Positions 42,652 to 54,202 are shown, numbered from the stretch's first letter. The stretch is 64,000 bases of DNA from an uncultured Prochlorococcus sp. (GCA_902571795.1 CACGDL010000001.1:9222-73221); one strand, 5' to 3'. The notes: generated by a model from the letters alone, not told the origin. A program made the numbers and translations.

Positions 42652-44037
42652 ATGACAAAAAACTTTAGGATTGAAAAAGATAGTATGGGCACAATAGAGG
42701 TTCCCATCAAAGCTTTGTGGGGTGCTCAAACACAAAGATCGATAATAAATTTTCCTATTGGAGAAGAATTAATTCCAATTGAGTTAATTTATTCACTTAC
42801 CCTCATAAAAAAAGCTGCTTCAATTGCGAATTGCAATTTAGGATTAATAGATAAAAGAAAAAAAGATTTGATTGTAGAGGCATGTAAAGAAATACTTGAT
42901 GGGCTTCATGATTCACAGTTTCCCTTAAAGGTTTGGCAAACAGGTAGTGGCACGCAAACAAATATGAATGTAAATGAGGTGATTTCAAATATTGCAGCAT
43001 TAAAAACAAATTCAGAACTTGGCAGTCATCAACCAATTCATCCGAATGATGATGTAAATAAATCTCAGTCAACTAATGATACTTTTCCTGCTGCTATTCA
43101 AATATCTGTTGTTAATGAAATAATCAAAAATTTAGTTCCTACAATAAGAGAACTTACGAAGATCCTTGATGAAAAAAGTGAAGAATGGAAAGACCTTATA
43201 AAGATAGGAAGAACCCATTTTCAAGATGCAGTACCCCTTACTTTTGGGCAAGAAATATCTGGATGGTCCGAGCAACTTAAAGATGCTGAGAATGCAATTA
43301 TTATGAGTCTGAATGATTTGTATTTCTTACCTCTGGGAGGAACTGCAGTTGGTACAGGGATTAATTGCCCAAAAGGATTTTGTGAAGAGTCTATAAAATC
43401 AATTTCAGATGATACTAATCTTATGTTCTATAAATCAAAAAATAATTTTTCTATCATGGCCTCGCATGATCGTCTAGCTCAAGTAATGAGTCAATTAAAA
43501 ATTTTAGCAGGTGCACTATTTAAAATGTCAAATGATATAAAAATTCTATCTTCTGGTCCAAGAACAGGAATATATGAATTAATTATCCCTCAAAATGAAC
43601 CTGGAAGTTCTATCATGCCGGGCAAAGTTAATCCTACTCAATGTGAAGCCTTATCAATGGTTTGCACTCAGATAATGGGTTTAGAATATGCAGTGTCAAT
43701 GGCTAATTCTAGCGGTACTTTACAGATGAATGAATATAAGCCTCTTATTGGATTTAATATTCTTACAAGTTTAAAATTACTTAAAAATGCAATAAAAAAC
43801 TTCAGAATAAAATTAGTTGATGGAATGGAACCTAATCAAAAGAAAATGAAGTTAAATTTAGAAAATTCACTAATGCTGATTACAGCAATAGTGCCAAAAG
43901 TTGGTTATGAAAAAGCAGCTGAAATTGCAAACCTTGCCTTCAAAGAATCATTAAATTTAAAAGAGGCAACACTTAAATTAGGTTATTTAAACGAAGATGA
44001 ATTTGATGAAGCAATGAATATTAATTCAATGATTTGA
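42652..44037 (+). CDS. fumC: Class II fumarate hydratase
   Basis: QTGSGT, GSSIMPGKVNP. Confidence 0.96.
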   Translation: MTKNFRIEKDSMGTIEVPIKALWGAQTQRSIINFPIGEELIPIELIYSLTLIKKAASIANCNLGLIDKRKKDLIVEACKEILDGLHDSQFPLKVWQTGSGTQTNMNVNEVISNIAALKTNSELGSHQPIHPNDDVNKSQSTNDTFPAAIQISVVNEIIKNLVPTIRELTKILDEKSEEWKDLIKIGRTHFQDAVPLTFGQEISGWSEQLKDAENAIIMSLNDLYFLPLGGTAVGTGINCPKGFCEESIKSISDDTNLMFYKSKNNFSIMASHDRLAQVMSQLKILAGALFKMSNDIKILSSGPRTGIYELIIPQNEPGSSIMPGKVNPTQCEALSMVCTQIMGLEYAVSMANSSGTLQMNEYKPLIGFNILTSLKLLKNAIKNFRIKLVDGMEPNQKKMKLNLENSLMLITAIVPKVGYEKAAEIANLAFKESLNLKEATLKLGYLNEDEFDEAMNINSMI

Positions 44038-44047
44038 TTAAAAAAAC

Positions 44048-46774
44048 TTAAGAATTATTATCAATTCTTTTTGTCGCAGGATTAATATCTTCAGAGATTT
44101 TTATAAGATCATTAGATTCAGAAACAGGAAAACGATTAATAGCTTTTAATGCTAGCTTGGCTTGGCTTTTTAATTTATTACTAACACCAATACAGTATTG
44201 AACTTGTGAAAGGACATCAATTGATCTTCTAATAATCCTCACTACATCACCTTCATCTAATGAAGTATTAAAAACCAAATCTTTCCATTTTTTTCCACTT
44301 GCCCATTCAGAAATAATTCCAGTCAACTCTGTTTCTAAATACATAGGAATTTCAATATGAAACTTATTTTGTTGAGAAGCGAGTAATTTTCTTAAACCAT
44401 CTAATTCATTAAAAACATCTATTACCTTCAAAGAAGGCTTGAAATTACACCAAAGATTAGGCCTCCGCACATCAACACATATAGCTTGAATAATTGCAGC
44501 CAACTCAGGAGGATCTAAATCGTCCAAATAACCACTGACTAAGACAAGACCAATCCATAATTCATTTTCACTTCTTATTGCACCAACTGTTTGTCCAACT
44601 TCTGTCAATTCCAAATCATTTAAACAACCAAAGTGATTCAAAATTTTAATCAAATCGGTAAAAGTTCTCCAGTTATGATTTTCTTTATCATCAAGAAGTT
44701 TTTTTCTCAAATTTATTTCTTGTTCAACATCAATAATTCTTTTTCTATATTTCTTTAATTTCTTGGAGTCTCCAAATCTATGTGCGGGATGATCAGTGAC
44801 TTTTTCTTCTAAATTATTAATTTGTTGCTGTTGTGCCAACACTTCCGTTGTCAGATCATATTGTGGAGTTTGTAAATCATTTGTTTTAGAAACTTCTAAA
44901 ATTCGATCAGCAAAACACTGTGATATATCATCTCCCCTAACAACCTCTCCAGGAAAATACATCTTGGGCGATTCAAGTGCCAAAACATCAATTACATCCA
45001 AATCATTAAAAATACTTACTATGTATGAGGGTTTTATAAGAATAAATAAATTATCAATAGTCAAACACAATAGACTCTTAATTTTTTGAGATTCATATAT
45101 TTTCTTACAAATCAATCCTGGAACAATTTTTCTTTTAATTTGAGGTGCTTTTATTGAAATTAAGCTTCCATCTTTAATATATGGGAGTGCATTGGTTATC
45201 TCTTCTGATAATTTTTCTGCTGATTGTTTTTCTAAAATTTTCAAGAGTCTTCTCTCTTCTTTAAGACGATTTTTTAACTTTTCGTAGGCATCAAAATCTT
45301 TCCATGAAACGTTAGAAGTAATTTTTTTTAATTCAATTAAATCCTTATCTAAATTTTCAAGAATTACATTCTCACCTGATGATTCACCTAAATATAAAAA
45401 ACTACCAAAACTTCTTTTAATTAATTCTTTAGACTTCTCTAAAGTATAACTTTGTAAAAGATTTAGTACCATTCCATAGCTAGGAGTGAATTGACTCTCT
45501 AAAGAATTTGGTTTGCTTATAGCCAGTGCACTCGCTTCTTTTGCACCTTCAAATCTTGTTTGCAATGTAACAACATATCCTTGGGTATCTTTCCCTCTTC
45601 TTCCAGCTCTTCCTGACATTTGCAAAAATTCACTGCTAAATAATAATCTATGCCCATCTTCTGTCCTTTTTGATAAAGAAGAAATTACAGTGGTTCTTGC
45701 GGGCATATTAATTCCTGCAGCTAGAGTTTCAGTTGCAAAAACAACTTTTATCAAACCTTGCTGAAATAATTCCTCAACCAATTCTTTCCATGCAGGCAAT
45801 AATCCAGCATGATGAGATGCAATCCCGCGTTTTAATGCCTCGCATTGAGATTTATCTTTAATTGCCCCTTGATTATTTTTAAGATAAACATCTAATTTTT
45901 GGGATATTTTATTTGCCTCTGAATAACTTACTAAAGTTAAATCTTTTATATTCTCAATAGCCTTGTCACATCCTCTTCTACTAAAAATAAAATAAATTGC
46001 TGGCAACATATTTCGTTCAGCTAATTTGGAGATCACAAAGCCAATTGAGGGGGACTTTGGTTGCATTATTCTTCCCACTTTTCCTCTCTTTTTCTGCCCT
46101 TTTGGGGCTCTCCAAATCTTACAGTTTGGATGAATTCCATTACCCTTGTTATTTAAAAGTGGATGGAGGCCTTTAAAACTACAAAAAATAAAATCAAGTG
46201 GGACTGGTCTCTTATCACTATTAATTAGTACTGTGGGTCCATGAACTTTTTCTATCCAATTTTGTAGTTGATCTGCATTAGCAATTGTTGCGGATAAAGC
46301 AATTATTTGAGTTCTAGTAGGGCAATGGATTATGGTTTCCTCCCAAACTGTGCCTCTTTGGGGGTCATTCATATAATGACATTCATCAAGAATCACAGAT
46401 TCTAAATTTTCTAAGGGATCATCAAATTCATCAAATTCACCATAAAGCATGTTCCTAAAAATCTCAGTCGTCATGACTAAGATGGGTGCTTCCCTATTTA
46501 TACTTATATCGCCAGTTAAAAGACCAACTTTATTCTCACCATATTGATTAGCAAAATCTCTAAACTTTTGGTTTGATAATGCCTTTAAAGGTGTTGTATA
46601 AAAAACTCTGCTAGCATGAGATAAACCTCTATAAATAGCAAATTCACCTATTAATGTTTTACCAGAACCTGTTGGTGCGGTTAAAACAACAGAATTTCCG
46701 CTATTAATAGCTTGTATTGCCTCTAATTGGAAATCATCTAGCGGAAAGGGAAAATTTTCCTCTAAATTAAGCAA
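44048..46774 (-). CDS. Ski2/HelY-like DExH helicase
   Basis: PTGSGKT, DECH, QMSGRAGRRG, DSHCT-like C-terminus. Confidence 0.93.
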   Translation of the reverse strand: MLNLEENFPFPLDDFQLEAIQAINSGNSVVLTAPTGSGKTLIGEFAIYRGLSHASRVFYTTPLKALSNQKFRDFANQYGENKVGLLTGDISINREAPILVMTTEIFRNMLYGEFDEFDDPLENLESVILDECHYMNDPQRGTVWEETIIHCPTRTQIIALSATIANADQLQNWIEKVHGPTVLINSDKRPVPLDFIFCSFKGLHPLLNNKGNGIHPNCKIWRAPKGQKKRGKVGRIMQPKSPSIGFVISKLAERNMLPAIYFIFSRRGCDKAIENIKDLTLVSYSEANKISQKLDVYLKNNQGAIKDKSQCEALKRGIASHHAGLLPAWKELVEELFQQGLIKVVFATETLAAGINMPARTTVISSLSKRTEDGHRLLFSSEFLQMSGRAGRRGKDTQGYVVTLQTRFEGAKEASALAISKPNSLESQFTPSYGMVLNLLQSYTLEKSKELIKRSFGSFLYLGESSGENVILENLDKDLIELKKITSNVSWKDFDAYEKLKNRLKEERRLLKILEKQSAEKLSEEITNALPYIKDGSLISIKAPQIKRKIVPGLICKKIYESQKIKSLLCLTIDNLFILIKPSYIVSIFNDLDVIDVLALESPKMYFPGEVVRGDDISQCFADRILEVSKTNDLQTPQYDLTTEVLAQQQQINNLEEKVTDHPAHRFGDSKKLKKYRKRIIDVEQEINLRKKLLDDKENHNWRTFTDLIKILNHFGCLNDLELTEVGQTVGAIRSENELWIGLVLVSGYLDDLDPPELAAIIQAICVDVRRPNLWCNFKPSLKVIDVFNELDGLRKLLASQQNKFHIEIPMYLETELTGIISEWASGKKWKDLVFNTSLDEGDVVRIIRRSIDVLSQVQYCIGVSNKLKSQAKLALKAINRFPVSESNDLIKISEDINPATKRIDNNS

Positions 46775-46912
46775 TAATTGTGATTGAAGAGATGATGAGT
46801 TAACTTCTTAATATATGATCTATATAGATATTAATAAACAAAAAATACCTTGCAAACTTTAATAGTAAATCTAAATCTTTTTAATTAAATCAACTATATT
46901 TATTTTGCCAAA

Positions 46913-48052
46913 ATGAAAAAAATAAAAATTCCAAAAAATAGAATCCGTAAATTAAAAACATTTTCTTTAGGTAATAAACCATTCGAACTTCTAAGTTTAA
47001 ATTCGCATAATAAAAAACTTATAGACTTATGCAGTAATGATTATTTTGGATTAAGTAGAGACAAGGATTTAATAAAAGCTGCTTACGAAGTAAGCCTTTT
47101 AGAAGGTATTGGTTCAGGAAGCTCTAGGTTTATTACAGGTTCAAGGCCAATACATAAATTATTAGAAACAGAACTTGCCAAGTGGCTTGATCAAGAGAAA
47201 GTATTACTTTTCCCAAGCGGATTTCAAGCAAATATAGCCGCTATACAGGCTTTAGCGAACAAAAATAGTATCGTAATAGCAGATAAATTGATCCATAACT
47301 CTTTATTAGTTGGAGTCAAAGCTGCTCAAGCAAAACTGGTTCGATTTTCACACAATAATTTAAAAGATTTAGAAGATAAAATTATTAAATTTAACCCCAC
47401 AAAAAATTCCATTTTAGTTGTTGTTGAATCTCTTTATAGCATGGAAGGATCAATTGCTCCGCTTAGAGAAATAACGGAAATTTGCAAAAAAAATAATGTC
47501 CAATTATTCGTAGACGAAGCTCATGCAATTGGGATCTTGGGCCCTGAAGGCAGGGGTTTAAGTTTTAATTGTCGTTCAGATATAACTATGATTACTGGGA
47601 CTTTTGGAAAAGCATTTGGAAGCGGTGGAGCTTTCATAGCTTCCAATGCAGAAGTTGGAGAATACCTTATCCAAACAAGTGGTGCATTTAGATATACAAC
47701 CGCACTTGCCCCATCTTTAGCTGCTGGGGCGCTAGAAGGTTTAAAAAAAATTTTAAAAAATAAAGAATGGGGTAATGATTTGTTATCTTCTGCGAATGTA
47801 TGGAAAGATGAAATTATTAAAAATTTTAGTTTTCCAGTTCAGGGGGATTCTCACATTTTATCAATTATTGTTGGCCAAGAAGAGAAGGCAATTTATTTAC
47901 AAAAATATCTCGAAGAAAATGGATTTTTAGCAATTGCGATAAGACCGCCAACTGTTCCAGTGGGGCAATCAAGAATCAGAATAACAATACGAAGAAACTT
48001 AGATTTTAATCTGCTAAAGAATTTCATTGCAGTAATAAAAGAGTTTAAATGA
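46913..48052 (+). CDS. bioF: 8-amino-7-oxononanoate synthase
   Basis: SNDYFGL, DEAH, TFGKAFG, RPPTVP. Confidence 0.95.
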   Translation: MKKIKIPKNRIRKLKTFSLGNKPFELLSLNSHNKKLIDLCSNDYFGLSRDKDLIKAAYEVSLLEGIGSGSSRFITGSRPIHKLLETELAKWLDQEKVLLFPSGFQANIAAIQALANKNSIVIADKLIHNSLLVGVKAAQAKLVRFSHNNLKDLEDKIIKFNPTKNSILVVVESLYSMEGSIAPLREITEICKKNNVQLFVDEAHAIGILGPEGRGLSFNCRSDITMITGTFGKAFGSGGAFIASNAEVGEYLIQTSGAFRYTTALAPSLAAGALEGLKKILKNKEWGNDLLSSANVWKDEIIKNFSFPVQGDSHILSIIVGQEEKAIYLQKYLEENGFLAIAIRPPTVPVGQSRIRITIRRNLDFNLLKNFIAVIKEFK

Positions 48053-48753
48053 AACAAATTATTACTCAACATGGGTGGGGACTAAATAAATATTTCTGGG
48101 ATGATTATAAAGTTGAATTTTTAAATAATAATTGGCATTGGCAAGATAATGAAAGGGGCTATTTTTCGACAAATAATTATCAAGCAAAATGGATTAAAAG
48201 CAAATCTAAAAAAGAAATCAGAATGACTTTGTGCCATTCATTTGGTTTTCATTTAATGCAAAAAAAAATTTTAAAAGAAGCAACTCATATTGTTCTTATA
48301 AATTCTTTTAATAATTTTCTTCCTTTAAGTAATAAGAGAAACTTTATTTTGAGGTCTCTAAAAAGAATGGAAACAAAAATCATAAAAGATGAACCTGAGG
48401 ATATGTTGAAAGAATTTATACATAGATCATTTATGCCAAATCATATTAATAATAATTTTAAAAATATCTTTTATAAAAGTCTAGAGAGTTTAAATAAAAC
48501 TCTTCTTTTAAGTGATTTAAAACAACTTTACATCAATAGAGATTTTCCAGTATTTTTAAGAAAAGATTGCACAATTATTTTTATAAAATCAGAAAATGAT
48601 TTAATTCTTAACAACGAATCAAATACTAACTTTTTAAATTCCTTAAATAAAACACTTGATAGGAAGCCAATTTTAATTAAATTAGCTCAACAAGGTCATT
48701 GCTTGAATAATTTAAATTTATACGAGATCTTACTTAATACACTTAATGATTGA
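48049..48753 (+). CDS. Alpha/beta hydrolase in the BioH position (BioK-like pimeloyl-ACP methyl esterase)
   Basis: HGWG, HSFG nucleophile elbow, D and GH; lies between bioF and bioC. Confidence 0.75.
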   Translation: MKQIITQHGWGLNKYFWDDYKVEFLNNNWHWQDNERGYFSTNNYQAKWIKSKSKKEIRMTLCHSFGFHLMQKKILKEATHIVLINSFNNFLPLSNKRNFILRSLKRMETKIIKDEPEDMLKEFIHRSFMPNHINNNFKNIFYKSLESLNKTLLLSDLKQLYINRDFPVFLRKDCTIIFIKSENDLILNNESNTNFLNSLNKTLDRKPILIKLAQQGHCLNNLNLYEILLNTLND

Positions 48754-49516
48754 AATGGATAGTAAAAAGTGGAATGAGAAAATAAAAAATAATTTTAATG
48801 ATGCTGCATATCGATATTTAGAGCATTCAAATATACAGAAATTTTTTGCAAAAAAGATTGTTCAATTTATCAAAGAATTAAATCCCCAAACAAAGGGTGA
48901 ATGGATAGATCTAGGATCAGGCCCAGGACTATTAGCAGATGAAATAGAAAAAAAATTTTCTTCCCAAAAAGTATCCAGAATTGATTTCAGCAAGAAAATG
49001 CTTCTTGAGAATAAATTTTCTAGAAAAAAAATTTTATGGGATTTAAATAATGATTTACCTCCTGAAATAAATAACTGTTCTCTATTAACATCTAACTTTT
49101 GCATACATTGGTTAAATAACCCAGAAAAGATAATAAAAAATTGGTTTAGCAAATTAAAAGCTGGAGGTTTTTTAATCATTTCATATCCAACAAAAGATTG
49201 TTTTCCTGAATGGAAAGATACTTGTAACAAAATTGATATTGAATATAGTGGTCTTAATTTCCTTTGCTCTAAAGAATTATTAAAAGATTTCAAATCAACT
49301 GAAATACATTATTCAGAACAGTTTAATTATCTTGAAAATTTTGAAGATGTATATAAGCTTTTTAGAAGCATTAAAAATATAGGAGCACAATCAACAAACT
49401 GTAAACGCAAAACAGTAAAAGAGTTAAAGGAAATTCAAAAGTTTTGGCCAAAGAATTACAATAATACAGTAAACCTTTCATGGCAAATTGAGATTCAAAT
49501 CATTAAGAAATTATGA
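48746..49516 (+). CDS. bioC: Malonyl-ACP O-methyltransferase
   Basis: DLGSGPG SAM motif; operon position. Confidence 0.85.
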   Translation: MIEMDSKKWNEKIKNNFNDAAYRYLEHSNIQKFFAKKIVQFIKELNPQTKGEWIDLGSGPGLLADEIEKKFSSQKVSRIDFSKKMLLENKFSRKKILWDLNNDLPPEINNCSLLTSNFCIHWLNNPEKIIKNWFSKLKAGGFLIISYPTKDCFPEWKDTCNKIDIEYSGLNFLCSKELLKDFKSTEIHYSEQFNYLENFEDVYKLFRSIKNIGAQSTNCKRKTVKELKEIQKFWPKNYNNTVNLSWQIEIQIIKKL

Positions 49517-50178
49517 GTAGTCACAATAATATTTTCAAATTTATAATTTGTGGAACAGATACTGATATTGGGAAAACTTTAATAAGCTCTTTTTTCGTTA
49601 AAGGATTAAATTCCTTTTATTGGAAGCCTATTCAAAGTGGTATTGAATCACAAACTGATACTCAAACTGTTGAAAAACTTTCACAAGTAAGTAAAGAAAA
49701 AATAATCAAAGAAGCTTATGTCTTTACAAAACCTCTATCTCCTCATTGGGCTGCTGAAATAGATCAAAAAACTATTAACTTTGACAAGTTAAGATTGCCA
49801 AAAGTGGAAGGCTCACTAATTGTAGAAACTGCAGGTGGATTAATGGTTCCAATAACACGCAATTTTTTGCAAATAGATCAAATAAAAGAATGGAATCTTC
49901 CAGTAATACTTGTATGTAAGAGCTCACTTGGGACTCTTAACCATACCCTGCTTAGTATTGAGGCCTTAAAACGAAGAAATATTGAGATTTTAGGTTTAGT
50001 AGTCAATGGCGAAAAACACCTAGATAATCCAAAAACTCTAGTTGATTTTAGTGGTATTCCGTTAATTGCTGAATTTCCTTACATCAAAAAAATGGACTCA
50101 AATAATTTAGATATACTATGGAAAGAACTAGGTATCAAGAATAAGTTGATCTCACTATTAAACTCAAAAATAAGTTAA
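49513..50178 (+). CDS. bioD: Dethiobiotin synthase
   Basis: GTDTDIGKT, ETAGG, LGTLNH. Confidence 0.96.
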   Translation: MSSHNNIFKFIICGTDTDIGKTLISSFFVKGLNSFYWKPIQSGIESQTDTQTVEKLSQVSKEKIIKEAYVFTKPLSPHWAAEIDQKTINFDKLRLPKVEGSLIVETAGGLMVPITRNFLQIDQIKEWNLPVILVCKSSLGTLNHTLLSIEALKRRNIEILGLVVNGEKHLDNPKTLVDFSGIPLIAEFPYIKKMDSNNLDILWKELGIKNKLISLLNSKIS

Positions 50179-51480
50179 ATGAAATCTTTGGATTCAAACA
50201 CTCCAAATCAAGATTGGCATCGTAATATTTGGCCACCTTTTACACAAATCAATACCAGCAAACCGCAAATAGAAGTAACTCATGGTAAAGATGCCCTCCT
50301 ATTTACTAAAGATCCTAAAAAAGAGCTAATAGATGCAATTAGTAGTTGGTGGGTAACTCTTCATGGTCATAGTAACGAATATATTGCGGATGCCATTTTC
50401 GATCAATCAAAAAAACTTGAACAAGTTATATTTGCTGATTTCTTACATCCACAGGCAAAAAAATTAGCGGAAAGACTTAGTGAATTAACAAAACTAGAAA
50501 GATTATTCTTTTCTGATAACGGCTCTACTGCAGTGGAAGTCGCTTTAAAAATTGCCTTCCAATCATGGCAAAATAGAGGAGAGACAAGAACTCAAATAGT
50601 AGCTTTTGATGGCGCCTATCATGGTGATACATTTGGAGCAATGGCTTTAGGTGAAAGAAATATTTTTAATGAGAATTTCGATAATCTTATGTTTCCAGTT
50701 AGAAGAGTCCCATGGCCTTCAACTTGGATGAACGATAAAGAAGTAGAAAATAAAGAAAATGAGGCGATCCAAAAATTAGAAACTCTACTTAAAACTCCCA
50801 CAGTTGCAGTAATCCTTGAGCCACTTGTTCAAGGCGCAGGAGGGATGAATATGGTTAGGCCTCAGTTTATAAAAAAAGTTTCAGAAATTATAAAAAATAA
50901 CAATTCTTTGTTAATTGCAGATGAAGTATTGACTGGATTTGGAAGATGTGGAAGCCTTTTTGCGTTTCAAAAGGCAAAAATCATTCCTGATTTAATAAGT
51001 ATTTCAAAAGGTTTAACTGGTGGATTTTTACCGATGGGAATAACTTTATGTAAAGAAAAAATTTTTCAATTCTTTATTGATGATTCCCCAAGAAAAACTT
51101 TTTGGCATGGACATAGTTTTACTGCTAATCCTTTAGGTTGTGCTGCAGCAAACGCTAGCCTTGATTTATTAGAAAAAGAACCACAAAAATACCTTTCATT
51201 TGAAGAAAAACATTTATCTCATTTAATCAAATTCAAAAACTTACCTTATATAAAAAAGGTAAGGGTTTCCGGCACAATTGCTGCCTTCGATTTAGATATT
51301 GGGAACAAAAAAGGTTATTTCAATAATATTGGGAAAGAAATAAAGAGTCTTGCAATGGAGCAAGGTTTATTCATTAGGCCCCTTGGGAATGTTATTTACC
51401 TCTTGCCGCCTCTCTGTATAACAGATGATCAATTAGAAAAAAGTTACTGGATAATAAGGCAAATCTTAGACAATCTTTAG
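50179..51480 (+). CDS. bioA: DAPA aminotransferase
   Basis: SSWWVTLHGH, YHGDTFG, SKGLTGG. Confidence 0.96.
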   Translation: MKSLDSNTPNQDWHRNIWPPFTQINTSKPQIEVTHGKDALLFTKDPKKELIDAISSWWVTLHGHSNEYIADAIFDQSKKLEQVIFADFLHPQAKKLAERLSELTKLERLFFSDNGSTAVEVALKIAFQSWQNRGETRTQIVAFDGAYHGDTFGAMALGERNIFNENFDNLMFPVRRVPWPSTWMNDKEVENKENEAIQKLETLLKTPTVAVILEPLVQGAGGMNMVRPQFIKKVSEIIKNNNSLLIADEVLTGFGRCGSLFAFQKAKIIPDLISISKGLTGGFLPMGITLCKEKIFQFFIDDSPRKTFWHGHSFTANPLGCAAANASLDLLEKEPQKYLSFEEKHLSHLIKFKNLPYIKKVRVSGTIAAFDLDIGNKKGYFNNIGKEIKSLAMEQGLFIRPLGNVIYLLPPLCITDDQLEKSYWIIRQILDNL

Positions 51481-51488
51481 ATAGAAAT

Positions 51489-51746
51489 TTAAGGCCCCTG
51501 CAGTATTGCATTTTCCACATCTTCTCTATTAATACAGTAAGAAAATAGTCTTTTAGTTTCTTGACCCTCACTTTCCCACATAACACTTAAATCTTCTTGT
51601 TCAAAAATAATAGTTGCATTCCAATTAGAAAGTAAAAGGTACCATTTAGATGGATTATTAACATCCTTCACAGCACCTAAATCATTTAGCCACAATTCCA
51701 ATGATTGCAGTGAATGTTGATTAATGGGTTTTTTAGGGAGATTCAC
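51489..51746 (-). CDS. DUF3143 family protein
   Basis: HSLQSLELWL...REDVENAI. Confidence 0.8.
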   Translation of the reverse strand: MNLPKKPINQHSLQSLELWLNDLGAVKDVNNPSKWYLLLSNWNATIIFEQEDLSVMWESEGQETKRLFSYCINREDVENAILQGP

Positions 51747-51762
51747 AAACTTTTTTAAAGTA

Positions 51763-52203
51763 TCATTTTACTAACCAGGTAGGTATTGTATCTAATTCTT
51801 TGCCAGTAAAAGAGGCAATAAAAATTGAACAAATCAAACTAATAGAAATGATAATAAATAAAAGAAATAACGAAAACAATTCCCCATTTGAAAAAGGTCT
51901 TCTGTTACCTACTAAATTTTGATTATTTGAATCGATTATTAAATTATTAAAAACTTTAGTATTTTGTTTACTTCTATATTTTTCCTTTAGTTTGTTATCG
52001 TATTTTTTCCTCAAATTACTATTATTCAAATTTTCATAAGCTTCCAAAACTTCTTGGAATTTACTTTTAGCATCGTCTATTTCTAAAGAAGTTGTATCAG
52101 GATGCAACTCAATGGAAAGTTTGCAAAATGCCTTTCTTAATTCATGATTTGAGGCATTTTCATCTACACCTAAAATTTTGTAATAAGAAATTTCCCCTTT
52201 CAA
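51763..52203 (-). CDS. DnaJ-domain membrane protein
   Basis: YYKILG, HPD, C-terminal TM. Confidence 0.9.
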   Translation of the reverse strand: MKGEISYYKILGVDENASNHELRKAFCKLSIELHPDTTSLEIDDAKSKFQEVLEAYENLNNSNLRKKYDNKLKEKYRSKQNTKVFNNLIIDSNNQNLVGNRRPFSNGELFSLFLLFIIISISLICSIFIASFTGKELDTIPTWLVK

Positions 52204-52292
52204 AATAATCTTTTATTAATATTGTAATTCTAATAAATTTTTAATAAATAGAATGTATTTTATGAATGGTAAAAATTTATATTTATAACGAA

Positions 52293-53006
52293 ATGAAAAA
52301 ACAAAACATTCCAGAAGAAATTTTTTCCTTAATAACCGAAGAAGAGATAATTATGTTTCAAGAATTACAAATTAAAATTAAAGAATTAAATAATAAAACA
52401 AACTTAACGAGATTAATTAATGGTGATGATTATTGGGTATCTCAAGTTTTTGACAGCATTTGGCCCTTTAAAACTTTCCCGAACATTAATTTTGATAATA
52501 AAAAATTTTTAGATATTGGATCCGGCTGTGGCTTCCCAGGTTTAGCTTATGCCATAACTCATCCTACTTCAGAAATATACCTAGTTGATTCTTCAAAAAA
52601 GAAAACAGATGCTCTAAAAATCTTAATTGAAGAGATCAATTTCAAAAACAATATTCATGTAATTAATGATCGTATTGAGAACTTAGCCCATCAATCGTCA
52701 ATGAGAAATGGTTTCAATATAGCTACTACTAGAGCAGTGAGTAATCCATCAACAGTTTCAGAATACATACTACCAATGCTAAAAAAAGAAGGTTTAGGGG
52801 TTTTATATTGTGGCAAATGGACTGATAAAGAAAGTAAAAATTTAGATAAAACCTTAGAAATATTAGAAGGAAAATTTAAAGATAAAAAGAAGATTTTGTT
52901 ACCAAGCAATAAAGGTACTCGAAATATTATTCTTATTCAACCAAAAAATATTTGCCCTAAAATCTACCCAAGAAAAGTTGGCAAACCTGAGAAAAATCCA
53001 TTATGA
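52293..53006 (+). CDS. rsmG: 16S rRNA m7G527 methyltransferase
   Basis: NLT, DIGSGCGFPG, RAV, YPR; start uncertain (52266 or 52293). Confidence 0.93.
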   Translation: MKKQNIPEEIFSLITEEEIIMFQELQIKIKELNNKTNLTRLINGDDYWVSQVFDSIWPFKTFPNINFDNKKFLDIGSGCGFPGLAYAITHPTSEIYLVDSSKKKTDALKILIEEINFKNNIHVINDRIENLAHQSSMRNGFNIATTRAVSNPSTVSEYILPMLKKEGLGVLYCGKWTDKESKNLDKTLEILEGKFKDKKKILLPSNKGTRNIILIQPKNICPKIYPRKVGKPEKNPL

Positions 53007-53008
53007 AA

Positions 53009-54202
53009 TTATTTTTTTGATAATCTTTTAGTAACCTTATCCCCAAATTTTTCTTTTAAAGTTCTCAATTTTTTTATAACTTTTTTTGGATTTATATGAC
53101 CTTCTAATACTTTCAATAACTGTACTTCAGAAACATCTGTATCTATCAAATTAGAGTTATTTCCTGGGAACCAGTGACTTCCATTACCAAGCAATTGATA
53201 TCTAGCTTTTGCAAACCCTTCCATATCCAACCAATCAATTAAATTTGAAAGCCAAAGCAGAACGGGAATATTAATATTTCCTGGCGTATTGTTCCAACTC
53301 GGCAAATTTCTATTCCAATTTTGATGCCACTCTAAACCCAAAGAATTAATTGATTCCTGCCTTAATCTGTTTATTATCTTCGGAACATACTTCTCAGAGT
53401 CTGATAATAAAGAGACCGCTTCTAAATGCAAATCAAAATCCGCCTCTTTTGCAATACCCACACTAAGAGTATGGACCTTTTGATTTCTTAAGCAAAAAAG
53501 ATCGTTAAAAACTATAGGATGAAGTGGTTTACAAAGTTCCAACATTTTGTCTGAGGGAGTATGAAGATGTCCCCCTTTATCAGTGGGACTTATTATAAAA
53601 ACCCCAAGATCATACTTATTTGCTAAATTTATAACCTTTGTATTTTCTTGATTGATGAAATACCAGTGCAAATTTACATAATCAAAAAAGTTTGTTGATA
53701 TAGCCTTCTCTATGAGTGAAGATTTTCCATGAGTTGAAAATCCAATAGAGCCAATTAAATTTTCTTTTTGCAAATTTCTTAAAATGTCAATACAACCTCC
53801 ATCTTTAACAGCATGATGTAAATGATCATTTGTATTAATGCCATGTATTGCTAACAAATCAATTCTTTTAACTTTTAATTTTTCAATACTTGTCATAATA
53901 TCTCTCTTAAAAATTTCTGGATCACTATTTGGAGGGATCTTAGTTTGAATAATGTTTGGAATTTTTTCTATATTTTTAAAACCCATTCCTAATTGCACCT
54001 CAGAAGTCCCATAATACTTAGCAGTTTCGACATGACTTAAGCCATATTTATTTGCAAGATTTAAAATATTTTCTACTTTATTTTGTTCTTCATTTGAAAT
54101 CTCAGAAAAATCTAATTGTTCCCAACTTTTTTGAAATCTCATCCCACCTAGAGATAAAATAGGTATCTCCAGATTGGTTCTCCCAAATCTACGATATTGC
54201 AT
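53009..54202 (-). CDS. Aldo/keto reductase family protein
   Basis: YRRFGRT, LSLGGMR, ETAKYYG, GFSTH. Confidence 0.9.
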   Translation of the reverse strand: MQYRRFGRTNLEIPILSLGGMRFQKSWEQLDFSEISNEEQNKVENILNLANKYGLSHVETAKYYGTSEVQLGMGFKNIEKIPNIIQTKIPPNSDPEIFKRDIMTSIEKLKVKRIDLLAIHGINTNDHLHHAVKDGGCIDILRNLQKENLIGSIGFSTHGKSSLIEKAISTNFFDYVNLHWYFINQENTKVINLANKYDLGVFIISPTDKGGHLHTPSDKMLELCKPLHPIVFNDLFCLRNQKVHTLSVGIAKEADFDLHLEAVSLLSDSEKYVPKIINRLRQESINSLGLEWHQNWNRNLPSWNNTPGNINIPVLLWLSNLIDWLDMEGFAKARYQLLGNGSHWFPGNNSNLIDTDVSEVQLLKVLEGHINPKKVIKKLRTLKEKFGDKVTKRLSKK